DNA of 64,000 bases from the human T2T-CHM13v2.0 reference genome, Homo sapiens, in the NCBI RefSeq assembly GCF_009914755.1, contig NC_060925.1. One strand, given 5' to 3'. Positions 1 through 13,856 of this stretch are shown here, in pieces (positions within the stretch are counted from its first letter, which is position 1; the number at the start of each line of letters is the position of its first letter). The position numbers and the translations under genes were made by a program. The notes beneath the pieces are model-generated. The model was not told the DNA's origin, ran no database searches, and saw only the letters and a program-made list of their open reading frames with translations.

Positions 1-138
1 GCAGAGGAGGAGGAACCTGAGGTTGGTCCTAGAGGATCAGTGGAGAAGGACCATTCTCAGCTGGGCTATAAAGGCTGGACAACTGAAGGGGCATTTCGGG
101 GAGAAGACACAGAGTGAGTAACAGTGCAGAAATGATTT

Positions 139-201
139 ACCATCCATCCATCCATCCATCCATCCATCCATCCATCCATCCATCTACCCGTCCATCCATC
201 C
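139..201. repeat. (TCCA)n microsatellite, probably an expanded L2 tail
   Basis: About 15 copies of TCCA followed by L2-end-like caacaagcatattt. Confidence 0.9.
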
Positions 202-519
202 AACAAGCATATTTGGAAGCCTCCAGTGTGTCAGGGCTTGTGTGAGAGGAGTGTTTGGTGGGAGGGGTCTTGGTAGGTCATAGTGGAAAGGACAAAGTGG
301 AGTGGGAAGAAAAGATGCAGTTGCTTGCATTTGCAGGATTGTTGGGCAGTTGCCACAGGCCTTCCTTCAGTGCTGTCTAGGGCTGGGCCAGGTCTCCTGG
401 GCCATTACTCCATCCAGGACCATGGAGATGGACAAGTGTTTGAGAAATGGGCAAGTGAGTTCTCAGTACCTTCTTCAAGAAGTCCCCAAGCTGGGGTTGG
501 ACATGGCCTAGGACATGAA

Positions 520-740
520 ACTTAGCATTTACGGAGCACCTACTATGTGCCAGGCACTGCACTGGCTGCTTTGCCTACAAGTGCATTTTAATTTTCAAAA
601 CAATCCAGTAATGAAGGCTATTTTATCTCTTTTTTGTTATGGGAGGTTAAGGAATTTGTCCAAGGCCACATAACTGGTAATGGCACTGTCAGGACTCAAA
701 CCCAGGCAGGTTTGACTCCAGAACCATGAGCTTTCCACTA
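520..740. mobile_element. MIR SINE (one of many in the window)
   Basis: gagcacctactatgtgccaggcac...ttgtccaaggccaca...ggactcaaacccaggc core motifs. Confidence 0.75.
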
Positions 741-1186
741 TCCTGGCCCATTTCCTGATTTGAAGGCACCTTTTCTGTCAAAGCCTGAGTCATCCCAGGC
801 CAGTGCCTGATGGGAGAAGGAAAAACACCAGACAAGTTGTTTATGACAGTGAAATGTACTGCAGGCTCACTGGGCTCTGGGGCTGCCACCTGCTTTCTTC
901 CTCTGGATGTGACTGACCTCCTCTGTCCTCTTGTTTAAAAAGTTCACAAGCTGGCATTGGGCATGACCTCTCTGAGCAGCAGACTCTGGAGGCAGTCTCA
1001 CCCAGCTTTCACCCAGCCAGTCTCCATTTGGCTGGAGGAAACCAAATGGTGGTTGTGTGCGCCAGCAGTAAGAGCTACAGGGCAGAGAGGAAAGCAGAGG
1101 TTCCTGTGGACTGAGGTAAAAGATTGCAGCAAACATTGTGGAGGCAGATATATTTAATCCAAATCCTGGCTCTGCCACATGCTGTG

Positions 1187-1721
1187 TATGGCAGATCGTA
1201 TTTTCCAAAGATGCCTGCAACAATATCTCCAATCTCACATGTTATTGTAGTACATGACCTTGCCACTCCTTCCACTGAGTAGTATACTTACTCTTCCCTT
1301 GAATTTGGTTGGGCCTGGGACTTGTTTGTAACCAAAAAAATGGCAGAAGTGAGAGAAGTGAAACAGTGGGATTTCTGAGGTGAGGCCAGAAAAGGTGAAG
1401 AAACTTGTACTTGCTTGCTGAAATTCTCAAGCTGGAATCCCGAGCCTCCATGTGAGCAGTCTGACTGCCCTGAGACCCTGAGACCCTGAGACTACAGAAA
1501 AAGAGAAGAGAGAGATTCCCAGCCAGCCTACAGCTCCCCCAGCACTGTACTGTTCCATCTCCAGCCATTGTCTGACTGCAACACACCACTCTTCAAGCTA
1601 GAACCACTCAGCTGAGGCCTCCTCAAATTTCTGACCCACAGAGAACATAGGAAAATAGCTATTGTTTTAAGCCACTAAGTTTTGGGGAGATTTTCTAATG
1701 TAGAACTAGAGAACTAGAATA
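1187..1721 (+). mobile_element. MaLR solo LTR (MLT1G/H-like) inserted into a MIR
   Basis: Starts tatggcagatcgtattttccaaagatg and ends with ttttaagccactaagttttgggg. 5-bp TSD CTGTG at 1182-1186 and 1722-1726; MIR halves on both sides. Confidence 0.8.
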
Positions 1722-3615
1722 CTGTGTGACCTTGCATGAGCCATTTCGTTTCCCTGAGTTGCAGTTTCCTGCTCACAGCATTGTTGGGATGAAGAGTGTG
1801 ACTGCACCTAGTTGATGAATAACATAGGGGTTGGATGAATGAATGAATGAATGAGGAAGAGAGAAGCCTGATCCCTTTCTCACCATTCCATACTGAGAGC
1901 CAGACTTAAAGCAACTGTAGGAGGTAGCCTTGTAAATCAATCCTCTTGAACTCTGCAAGGGAAAGGAGATGGGCTGTTCCAGTAAAAGGTGCCACTGTAA
2001 GGTGTTGATCATTTTGGACAGGATCTGTTTAAAAGCCAGTGTTTTAAAAATGGGCATTTTCTGGGACAACTCTCTTTCCCTTCCCCCTCCAACCCTATTA
2101 CATATTCCCTAACCTTGAAAGCCTCACTCCAGATTATTTACTGCAGTGGCCCTGTTTGAGTCAAGAAACAGGACATGGGCAGGAGGAGAGGAGGGATTGA
2201 TTGAACATTTTCAATTAAAACAAGCTGAATTTAAAATTCAGGCAAGGAGAGGCAATAATTCTCTTGGCTGGAATGCTTTTCATTGTATTGTAGAATTAAT
2301 AGATAAAAAATTGGGGGTGAAAACTCCCAACTATTCATTATGAACAAAAATCTCAAGATGGTCTGTAAGTTAAAATTCTCATCATTTTCAGGTTCCTGTG
2401 TAGGTCATTGATCTGTTTCTCAAAAATGGCAGGGTATAGCCAGCCACATGGGGAAGATGGAATCAAGACACTCAAAGCAATAAACCAGGAGAATTCAGCT
2501 GGGATTGTCCTAAACTTGGACTGACTCCATGACTTCCATACAGAGCTCTTTTGAAATAAAGTGTGGGTGTAAGTAGCCCTAGCCTCCTATTTAATGAGGT
2601 CCTTCAACAGGTAATGAAGGTTTGAACATTTACTGTTCATTCTCATTCATTCACTCATTCCTTCATGCATCCATTCAAACGTTTGTTGGGCTCCTCCCAT
2701 GTGTATACTGCTATGAAGAGGACAGGGATTGGGGTTAAAGGAAAATTAGACAGATACACTTTATAGCCTAGAGAAGGAAACTCACATGTTCCAGTTAACT
2801 ATATTACCTGGGAGGCTGTTGCACTGTCATCTTCACAAAAGCAGGAACTATTTTTTTTAGAGTTTACTCCGCAATGCATACAGTGTAGTTACTATCACCA
2901 ATCCTCACCAAAGCCCTGCAAAGTCAAAGTACAATTCGACATATATTTCACAGATGAGGAAATTGAAAATCAGAGAGTTTACATAACTAATTCAGAGTCT
3001 CGTGGCTTGAATGTAACAAAGGTAGCATACGAACTTCAGTGTCTTCTAACAGCGTGCGTATGTTGTTTCCTTTCTTGAGTGTAATCATAAATTCAAACAC
3101 AAAATTCTGTGGATGTGTGGAAGGAGATTGAATTCCAAATGGAGGAATTGTGAAAGGCTTCATGGAGGTGCACATATAACAAAGATTTGAAGGACAAAGA
3201 CCGGTCTTAAAGCGGGTGGAAGAGAAAGACAAGTATCAGCAGAGAAACGGAGTGCGGTCAGGCACATGACCTGAAATAACACAGAAAAGGGTCCGAAGGC
3301 CCATGTAGCTAACCGCGTAGAGTGGAAGGTGACGCTGAAATATTAGGCTAGAGACAAGTGAGTGAAGGCTTTGAATGCCAAGTTAAGAAACTTAAACTTC
3401 TATTCTGTAGGCAATGAAAGCCAGTGAACATATATGGGTTGTATCTGTAAATATGAATTTACTCAGTGTATATTTAATATCATCTACTATGTTTATTATG
3501 TTCAGGCTTTTTGGAAGGCTCAGGGTATACTATGGTTAAAAACAAAAGAAGACAAAACCAAGACAATGGTTCTTAAGTCTAGAAGCAGAGACAAATAGCG
3601 AGGTAGTAAAACAAA

Positions 3616-3618
<3 letters not shown>

Positions 3619-3670
<52 letters not shown>
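3619..3670. repeat. (CA)n microsatellite, about 26 units
   Basis: Seen directly. Confidence 0.98.
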
Positions 3671-3673
<3 letters not shown>

Positions 3674-3689
3674 ATAGCAATTGATATAT

Positions 3690-4340
3690 ACTATGAAGAA
3701 AATGCACAGAGTCTGTACCTGCAGATAATGCAGGCGTGGGAAGGCCTCTCTGAGGAGGGGATATGAACTGAGAGTGAGCAGTGACTGCAGCGGTACCTAA
3801 GAAGAGGGAAGGGTGTCTGGGAAGGGTCCTCGGGTGAGAGACGGAAACTGGAAGAGGGCTGGCAGAGGGTGATAGGCAAGGGCTAGATCACCAAGAACTC
3901 TCGGCCACCTTAAGGAGTCTGGACTTTCTTGGTGAATGGGAAGCTACTGAAGAGTTTGAAGCAGGAAAATGACACGGTCTCATTTTTATTTCCAAAGTCA
4001 CTGCTGCACTAAAAGAGAAGGCAAGAGTGGAAGCAGGCAGAGTAGCTAGGGACGACTGCAATGGTACAGGGGAAGAAAAGGGAGGTCCCAGCTGTACAGA
4101 GGCAGTAGAGATGGGAAGATGTATTTGTAGGAAGAGCAAACAGGACCTGCTTCCAAGTTGGATGTGGGGCCCAAAGGAGGGGAAGGAGTGAAGGATGACT
4201 CCTTCATCTTTGGCTTTAGCAGCTGGGTCGATGGGGGTGCCCTGATCTGGCATATGAAAGAATGTGGCAGGAATAGCTTCAGGGGAGAGATTAGGAGGTC
4301 AGTTCGGAGCATGTTGGGTTTGAGCTATGAGACATTAAGT
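3690..4340 (-). mobile_element. L2 LINE fragment
   Basis: ggaaggcctctctgaggag...gggaagctactgaagagtttgaagcagg...gatgactcc, typical L2 blocks. Confidence 0.7.
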
Positions 4341-6214
4341 ATCCAGGTTCTGAATCAGAAATGGGAAAAAATCAGAAAATGGGAATTGTTTCTGAATTTT
4401 CAGCTCTTTGGGATTATTCATGCCACAAATTCTTGCTGACTGTGCAGTGTGTTCCATTCTGCTCAGGTCTCCACCTCTTCCTCCCTGCTCTTAGGGTGTC
4501 CCAAGGGCTTTAGGGGAATGGCAGTAACTGAAGGATCCTCTGTTCTCCTGTCTCAGGGCCTCAGATCTGGGGCCTTGAGAGTGCACACAAGTGGGAATCA
4601 AGAGACCAATGTGGTTTTCATCATTAACTAGCCATGTGACCTTGGGCCATTTCCCTTCACTGGGCCTAACTTCTCTGTGGGTAAATGTAGTCTCTTGAGT
4701 CCTTTTTCAGTTAACATGGTACATTGAAGCAAAGCCCTCAATACAATAAGCTTATGAGAAATCCCATCTGCATTCTTTCACTCACAAATATTTAGGGAGA
4801 ACTGACTATGTGCCAAGTTATTTTAGACACTTGGGATATACAGTGAACAAAACTGGCAAAGACCTCTGTCTTTATGGAGTTTAAATTCTAGCTATGGGAA
4901 ACAAGCTGTAGACCTAATAATACATGTGTAAATTATATAGAATGCTGGAACGTGATAAGTGCTATGGAGTAAAGATAAAGAGTAGGGTAAGGGGAGTGCT
5001 GGGGCCAAGAAGAAGATCGCAGCATTAAGTAGAGTGCTCAGAGAGGCTTCCTTGAGAAGGTGGGTGGGAATGGGCTTGGGGGAGGTGAAGGTGCTGGCCA
5101 GCACCAAAGCGGAGTTAATCCTCCTCATCTGAAACACAGCCCTGACCAGTCATTTCACAATTAGGCTCTTGCTAAATCCAGCCCAATCCCAAACTGGGGA
5201 TAATAATCAACCTCAGGGACGAGTCCTCCCTCATGGGGTCAGGAACACCTTTTTCGTGGTAATGGCTGTTTTCTGTCTCCAGGTCCAGGTCCTCTTCACC
5301 TCCCAGAGCAGCTTCGGCAGAGACAAGCCTCACACACATCCTCCCGCCTGGCCTGCGGCCTCCCTTCCCTGTCCTGCTCCTCCCCTTGTGGACTCATCTC
5401 TGAAGCTTTCTCCATACTTCTCACTCCCTGCAGCTCTTCTAGAACCCTCAGCAAGCTCAGCTGGCCTGACTGCATTGAAGGGTGCTGAGCTCTGCCCCAC
5501 TTCTCAGACACAATAACCCACTTCTCCTTTCCCCCTAGTTGTGGGCCATGGCAGCTCTGATTACCATCTCCATTTTGCAGATGAAAAATCAGAAGTCACT
5601 TGTCTGATGAGTCACATCAAGTATTGGCGCAAGGAGGATTGAAACCCATTGATTTATTCTCTCATTTGTTCATTTATATATTCATATTAAGTGGCTTCTA
5701 TGTGCCAGACACTGTTCTAGGAGCTAGGATACAACAAAGAGAAAACAGACACATCCCTGTCCTCATAAAGGTCTTTTCTTGCCATTATCCTGCTTCCAAA
5801 TAAGAAAATTGAATTCCTACCTGCTCCCTGTTTGGAAACTCCCACCTAGAATTCATTTTCTGCTCATACTCCTGCCCCTCCCAGCAACAGATGATCACCA
5901 TTAAAGGGGGAAGATTAATTGTGCAGAGGGATAGGCCAAGGAAAAGTGATTTCTCTTTGGTAAGGCTGACAGCACTGCTAGAATATTAAGAGGCACCTGC
6001 CTAGGAGCCTCTAGGTAAAGCTAGAAGAAAAATGTGACAATGAAATATCTTTTGTCTCTGCCTGCCTCACCAATCCTCCCACAGTGTCGGACAAGTGCAT
6101 GACTAAACAGGTGAATCCTTCTCTGAAGTGCAGTGTGGAGGCTGCAGATGCAATTGCAGAGTCCTTTCCCATTGCAGGCAAGTCCAGAGGCACCCCCTAG
6201 GTAAGAAGACCTGT

Positions 6215-6770
6215 GAAAGAGAGGAGAGGGAGAAGGAGAGGGAGAGGGAGAGGGAGAAAGAGAGAAAGAGATAGAGAGAGATGGATTAGAGGGTCAGGGA
6301 GAGACAGCAGGAGAGAGGAAGAGACAAAGAGGCCGCAGAGGCAGAGACCAAAAGCGAAAGAGATGCAAATGGACAGGAAAATACAGAGAAACTGGTCAGG
6401 ATGAGGCAAGAAGATAAGGAGAGAAGGATAATCAGAGAGGCTGAGAGAGACTCAGGCTTGAAAACTGAGGAGAAATGGGGTGAGGAGCAGAGAGAGAAAA
6501 ACAGGGAGCAAATGACAGAAAAGGAAAGAATCAAACTGAAAGAGGTGTGAGAGAGATATAAATGTAGGCAACAGGAGAAGGGAGGGAGAGAGGGGAGAAA
6601 GGCAAAAGATAAGACAGAAAGAGACAAAAGAAAAAAATGCAGAGAAGCACAGCCGCAGAGGACAGACTGTAAATGAGATGCATAAGACTGAAATAGAGAC
6701 AGGAACAGTGAGAGAGACTGAGAAGGACTGAGAGAAGAAGGTGGAGAGACACAGATAGGGACGGGAAGGG
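6215..6770. repeat. GA-rich low-complexity tract
   Basis: Strongly purine-rich plus strand; generates spurious R/E/G-rich and S/L/F-rich ORFs. Confidence 0.9.
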
Positions 6771-6934
6771 AGGCCTCTTTTTTGATGGGTGAAATGCAAT
6801 TCCACAGAGTAGGTATTTCCTGAAAGGCTCACTTCACGGAGGATGCTGGAGATGAATGCTTATACGGAAATTGTGAGAAGAGTGTCCAATCCATCACAGA
6901 ATGAATTAAAGTTTGGGGTAACTATAAGGCTCGA

Positions 6935-7418
6935 AATTAGTTTTCCATTGCCACTGTAACAAATCACCACACACTTAGTGGCTTAAAACAACAGAAATGT
7001 ATTCTCTCAGTTCTGGAGGCCAGAAGTCAGAAATCAGTTTCACTGGGGCCAAAATCTAGGTGTCACAGGCCTGCATTCCCTCCACAGGCCCTGGGGAGAA
7101 AACAGAGAAATAGTTGGTTTCTGGTGGCTGTTGGCATTCCTTGCTTTGTGATCATATCATTCCCATCTCTGCCCCCATGGTCACATTGCCTCCTCCCTCT
7201 TCAGTGTATGTCAGATCTCTCTCTGCCTGTCTCTTCTAGGGATACATGTGATTGTATTTAGGACCTATCCAGATAATCCAGGATAGTCTCAACCTCCCAT
7301 CTGAAGAGCCTTAACCATAACATTTACAAAGACCTTGTTTCCATATAAGGTATTATTGATAGGTTCTAGGGATCAGGAACCGAATGTCTTTGGGGGTCAT
7401 TATTCAGCCTATTCCACA
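6935..7418 (-). mobile_element. MaLR solo LTR (MLT1B/C/D-like)
   Basis: ctgtaacaaatcaccacacacttagtggcttaaaacaacagaaat...gggggtcattattcagcctattccac. Confidence 0.8.
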
Positions 7419-8784
7419 CTGCCTGAGATTTCATCTGCTTAGCTAAGAGCTGGCATATGAAACATCCTGGCATACCCAGGATGAAGGTGCTGGGTATCAG
7501 GGGTGGAGTTCTGGCTCTGTGTAAGACACCTTGCTGGGTGCTCCACCAACTCCACCCCACCTGACCTACACATGCAGCAAGTGGATTTACCAGGATTCAG
7601 ACCCAGATATGTCTAATTTCAGAGTGCTTTTTGCTGGCATTATTTGCTGCCTCTCAAGGGCAATGTTGCCTACCGTACTTCTTAAACATAGTAAACCTGC
7701 TCCTCCTCTTCCTCCACTGCTATTGCATTGTTCAGATCCTTGTCTCTTATCTGAACTATTGCTTCAGCATCCTAATTGGTCTTCTGGCTTCCAGTTTCTC
7801 CCCATTATTGCTGAGAATGATGTTCTCACAATTGCTGACCTTGTCACTTCCTGACCTACAACCCTACACTGATTCACTGTCACCTCCAAGGTAAGACCTA
7901 AATTCTCAGATCTGGCTTTCATGGCCTTCCATAAGCTAGTATAAGCCTTATCTCCTGACACTGTATTCCGTTGTGCATGTATTTAGAAGGCCAGGTTTAA
8001 AGTCCAAAAAGCATGGGTTTTAATCCTGGCTCCTACATGTTTAGCTGTGTGAACCTGGGCAGGCTATTTACTGTCTCTGAGCCTTAGTGTCCTCATCTCT
8101 AAAATACATAATGCTTCCTACCTCAGGATTATTGCATTGATTAGAAATTATATATCCAAGATACCCAGTACAATGCTGGTATGCAGTAGCTTTTTTATTA
8201 TCATTACTACATATGAAACTGTCATCTCCAACAAAGTATGAGCTCTTCAAGGACAAGAGTGTGTCACATTCACATTTGTTTCCAGAGTTATTTAGCATGT
8301 TAGGCCTATGAACAAAGGTAGGGAGAAAAAGCAAGACAAAAACAAATCAAGATGAGAGAGAGAGAAAGAAAAGAACAGAGAGACAGAGACGGGGAGAGAT
8401 GAAGAAACTATTTGTAAAATTCTGTGTTTTCTGGACGTTTGGTATAACATCTTGTAGGTTTCTTCCATGCTGTGTGCCTTGGTTTCCTCTCCTGTAAAAT
8501 TGGCGGGCGGTTGAACTAGATGATCTCTAGTTCTAATTCTCACTCTCCGCTCTACCCTGGGAAAAACGTTTCCCTGGAGCAGGGGATATCCTTTCTGACC
8601 AAGCAGATGTGCAGCAGCTTTATCAGGTGTGACAGTGCTGCCCATCACCCTAATGGGGTCTTTTGAAGAGAAGCCAAGTTAGAGGCTGGTGGGCTAGATC
8701 AGATGGAGATCTGACCTCATTTTTAATGTGCCTGATTCTGGATGAGATAACCTTGGTGGGTATTTGGACTTCAGACCACATTAG

Positions 8785-9129
<345 letters not shown>

Positions 9130-9285
9130 TCATTCATTATTTATTACTCATTGATTCATTCAACAGATAAGTTATCAATCACCTCCTCTGTGCTGGGCCA
9201 TGTAATAGGTATACAGAACATTCACACTGGCTATGTAGAGTAAACAAAACAGGAATGGCTGTGCTCTCAATCTGTTTATAGTCCA

Positions 9286-9478
9286 GGTACTATTGACATG
9301 TTTGGCTAAATGATTCTGTGTTGTGGGGGCAGCCCTGTGCATTGTAGGGTGTTTAGCAGCATCCGTGGTTTCTCCCACTAGATGTCAGCAGCACCCACCT
9401 CATTGTGACAACCAAGTGTGTCTTCAAACATTGCCAAACACTCCCTGGGGCAAACACACCTGGGGGTGAGAACCACTG
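9286..9478 (-). mobile_element. MER20 (hAT-Charlie) DNA transposon
   Basis: ccctgtgcattgtagggtgtttagcagcatcc...gtgacaacc...gagaaccactg. Confidence 0.85.
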
Positions 9479-11694
9479 GTCTAGTGGTTGTACAGTATCT
9501 GGTGGAGATACAGCAAGTGACATGAGAGAGGTGGGCAGGATCTTGACTGGGAAGGGTCTTGGCTTCCCTACTTAGAAAAAAGTAATCCCTGAATGGATCC
9601 TTGGAGACAGGGAAGGGGAGAGGGATACCACTCACAGGCTGCATTAATCTAGTAAGACGGTTATCTAATCACCCTCCTCATTACTTTGGCAGGGAAGAGT
9701 GTCCTCCCTCCATTTCTAGCACACCTCAATACCCGAGATGCCTCTCCCTTCTCTACTTGCCCAAGACTGCTGGTATTTATAGCTTGTCTGTCTAACTCAG
9801 ACCCACTTCTCACTCAAGAGGGAAATTAATCTCTCTCTCCAAATCCCACACTATCACTTGCCTCATGGCTTCCTCATTCCCCTGCTCCTCCAATCCAGGC
9901 ACCAGCAATTTCCCAGCAGTGCCTCCCTTTCCCCACTGACAGTTGACCGTGGCTCTGAAAATTGGCTCTTGGAATCAGCTGTGCCTGCCCAGCTGGGCCC
10001 CAGCTCAGCAGTGCCTGGGACTTTGATGCAGTTCAACCTGAGAGGGGGCTCTGCTTTTCCGAGAGATATTCAGCTCCTGCTTGTCTCACATATATTTTTA
10101 GAAGCTTCAACTGGATGCACAGTTAAAAATGAGACTGAAGACCAAAGTAAATATTTGCATAGCAGGATCTTGGAGTGGCGGAGAAGAGAGAAGGAAGAGA
10201 GGAGTTCTGATGGGCCTGGCTTCAGGCCTCAGCTCTGCTTCTGAGTGGCTGCACTTGCTTGGAGCAAGTCTCCTTTAGGTATCAGTTTTCCAATCTGTAA
10301 ATTTGGAGGAGGGACTGGCTTGCCGATGTTTTGAAACATTTCAGCTCCGATGTTCTGTGAGCCTCTATATCAGAAGGGCCATTAAGGGGTTCCTGAACCC
10401 TCTGATACTACTGACAAACTGTGTAAATTTTCTGGGAAGAGTATTCATAATTTTCTACAATTTTCAAAAAAAAAATCAGCATCTTCTAAAATGTTAAGAA
10501 TCTCTGCTCTAGGTCTGTGGATAGAGATAATTGAGTTTATCACCACCTTCCTGGTAATGTTCCTTCTTCTCATTTTCTAACCTGTTCCCTTGTTATAGTC
10601 TGACTCTTCTGCGATTAGTGAGAATCTGGCAGAGTGCAGGGGAGTAAAACCAAGCTAGACTTGAAATGGAATGAACAATATGAAGAATCTATCCTGAGTG
10701 CATCTGCATTAACTTAACTAGAAAACCTCAAAGAGTCCTGTGGCCCAAGTCTGCTGCAGCGGTCAAAGAACAGTGCAGCAAAGAAGATCCCTAGGAGGTA
10801 ACTGCAAAACTCAGCTGAAGTCTGGGCCATTCTGTGGGTGAGAATTGGGGTTCGGTCTTTTCCTGGGAAGCATCAAATCCTGGGCTCACAACTTAAAAGG
10901 TCCACTAAAGGGTTTGCTGGAGGGACAGGACATGGGGTCCTCTACCTTTAAAAGAAGCCCACTCCCCTGCTCTTGTGTCTTCACCCCTGATTAGGCCTGA
11001 ATCTGAAGCACTTACATGGATTAATGGAATGAGCAATGTCCTGTGAATCAAGAGACCTATATTTGAGCAACAGCTTTCACCAAATGCTGTATGCCTTGGG
11101 CAGGTCACTGACCCACTCCTGGGCTTCAGTTTCTCCATTTAGACAATAAAGAGGAATTGGCTTGCTTCACAGTTTCACCAAAGAATGACTATTATTATAG
11201 TGAAACTCCATTATAATATCTCATTATTGGTCATTTCCTTGCATTTATTCCTCATTTTGAGACATCCTTGTTATATTTCAAGCAAAACAGCAATGAATCC
11301 CATGCCTAGGAAGTGTGTGATTATAAACTTAAATCCCAATCTTTAGGACCCTCATGGTTCTAACATTTTATGATTTTTTTTTTCTGCTGTGATGTTACTT
11401 TCTTTTTAACTGTTGTTTTGAACTTAAAACTTAGGGAATGAAATTAATGTTGATGACCACGGACTATTTTCCAGGTACTGTGCTAGTTTCATTTATTACA
11501 AGCAAGGTAGATTTTGGTATCCTTGTGTTATAGGTTAGAAAACTGAGGTTCAGAGATGTCACCTTTCTAATACCACTCAGTTAGCAAGCGGACGGTTAGG
11601 ACTTAAACTCGGGTCTGTCCTACTACAAGGCCTGTGGCTTGAAAAATTATTTTTATGCTATAATTCTTTATTATTTTAACTTTCTTAAAATTAA

Positions 11695-12720
11695 TTCATT
11701 TATTCAATATTTATTGAGTATCTGCTGTGTAAGGTACTGTGCCAGACGCTATGGGTTTGGAGATGAGAAATCAGTCCCTGTTCTTGAGCAGCCTTTAGAG
11801 AAGACATGTAAATAAAAGTTGCAAGTTAGGGCAATGACACTATGGCAGGGGAAATAAGGGAAGTCAGGGTGCAAAAAGTGGGATTTAATATTGGAGACAC
11901 CCTGGAAGCTTCTCAGAACAGGAAACACCTGAGCTGAATTGAGGGGGTAAGATTGTCTTTTTTTTTTTCCTGAGATAACTCTTTATTAAACAAGTTAGTC
12001 AACAATTAATTGAGAATCTATGATGTACCAGATACTTTTCTAGTTTCAGGAATACAATTGCATACAACGACAAACTCTTATAGAGCTCACAAGGGAAGAA
12101 AGGCAGTAAACCAACCGACAAATACAGTATAAGATTGAAATCCAGGTGACTGGAAAAGTAAGACTTGGCCAGGTGAAGAGAGTTGAATGGCATGAAACAG
12201 CATCCTGAATAAAGGCAGAGGCATGTGCAAGCATGCTGAGGCATGATGATCCCTTTGAAGATGTTTGTCACGGCTGGAATATCTTCTAAAAGATAAAGAA
12301 GGAAGCAAGAGAAAAATGCAAGCACAGATCATGAGTGCCTTGTGTGATGTTATGAGTATGAACTTTCTCCTGCAGATAATGGGAAGCCAGGGGAGGGTTT
12401 TAAGAGACAGAGGCACAATGCTCAAATTTGGTTCCAGGGTGATTTCTCCTGTGGCCCTGGTGAAGTGGGATTTGAAGGGGACCCAGACTGCAGACAGGAA
12501 GAATGGTCCTGGTCCAGGGAGAATGGTGAGTTAGGGCCTGAGCTCAGGCACTATCAGGGGAGTTGTGAGGAGGACAAAGAATTAGAAATATTTGTCTAGT
12601 AAGAAAGATGATACTTGGGTGCTGGCAGAGGTGACTGGACTAGGAAAAGCATCAAGAATAGCACACCAGGTTCCTGCCTTGGAGAACTGCATGGTGGTGT
12701 TCCCATCAACCTTGGGAAGG
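11695..12720 (-). mobile_element. L2 fragments
   Basis: Two L2 3'-end starts (ttcaatatttattgag; caacaattaattgag) and an L2 body motif (gggaagccagggagggttttaag). Confidence 0.6.
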
Positions 12721-13545
12721 AAGTCTAAAGGTGGCTCCTAGAAGGCAGGGAGCTCTGTGCTCCCTAGAGTACTTTCCATCCTGCCCTTCTTAGTAGTAAT
12801 GTTGCCTAATTTTATTTTGCTATACCGATGTGCCAAGTAGCTATTATGATTCCTATAGTGAATCTCCATTAAAAGGACCAGTTAGTGGAATTTTCTTGTA
12901 TCTAATGCTCTTCTTTGGACATATCAAGCAAAGCTGACAATGATCCCACTGACAGGATGGGTATGAGGCTGGCCTTAAACTCCCCATGAGGCCAACATAT
13001 TTATCCAATCTTTAGGACAGAATATGTTTTCTCTGGAACTTTTCCTTTCTCTTCCATTCTCACTCCCCCACACCTCTGACGGGCCAGCTGGCCTGTCTGT
13101 CTGACTGACTGCCTCCCTCTCTTTAATATATGCTAATCAGGATCCACTCACTGTCAGGATATAAAACATGCCTGTTCCATGTCTCACTCCATCCTGCTCC
13201 ATTTTAGTAACTATAAGAACAAGCATATTATATCCCACGCGTTCATTCACCCCATGGGCAACAGGATTTCTTAAACCAGTTCTATGCCACTTGTCATCTT
13301 CCCTCTGTGGCAGGGCCTCTGCCCAAAAGGCTGTTCCAAACCCCCTGCCTCGTTGCCTCTAAATAACTCCTACTAATTCTTCAGACGTCAGCTCCACTGC
13401 CACTTTGGCAAGACAGCCATCCCTGACCTCAGGGCTGAGTCAGTCTGCCATCCTATACTCTCCCAGAGCCTCCTGGCACTCCTTCACAGTTCTCTCATGA
13501 TGGTAAATTTACATTGTATGTGTAATTGTTTATAAATACCTATTT

Positions 13546-13856
13546 CTTTTTTGTTTTGTTTTGTTTTGTTTTTGAGATGGAGTGTCACTCTGTAGCCCAA
13601 GCTGGAGTGTAGTGGCACGATCTCGGCTCACTGCAACCTCCCACCTCCTGGGCTCAAGCGATTCTGATGCCTCAGCCTCCCAAGTAGCCAGGACTACAGG
13701 GGCATGCCATCGAGCCTGGCTAATTTTTTGTATTTTAGTAGAGACGGGATTTCACTATGTTGCCCAGGGTGGTCACAAACTCCTGAGCTCAGGAGATCCT
13801 CCTACCTCGGCCTTTCAAACTGCTGGGATTACAGGTGTTAGCCACTGTGCCTGGCC
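13546..13856 (-). mobile_element. Alu (AluJ-like)
   Basis: Antisense Alu with (TTTTG)n tail, ctcctgagctcagg diagnostic, degenerate TSD aaata(c/t)ct(a/g)ttt. Confidence 0.92.

Noticed and set aside
6197-6832. Cluster of hydrophobic or basic ORFs
   Set aside because: Artefacts of a GA-rich low-complexity tract.
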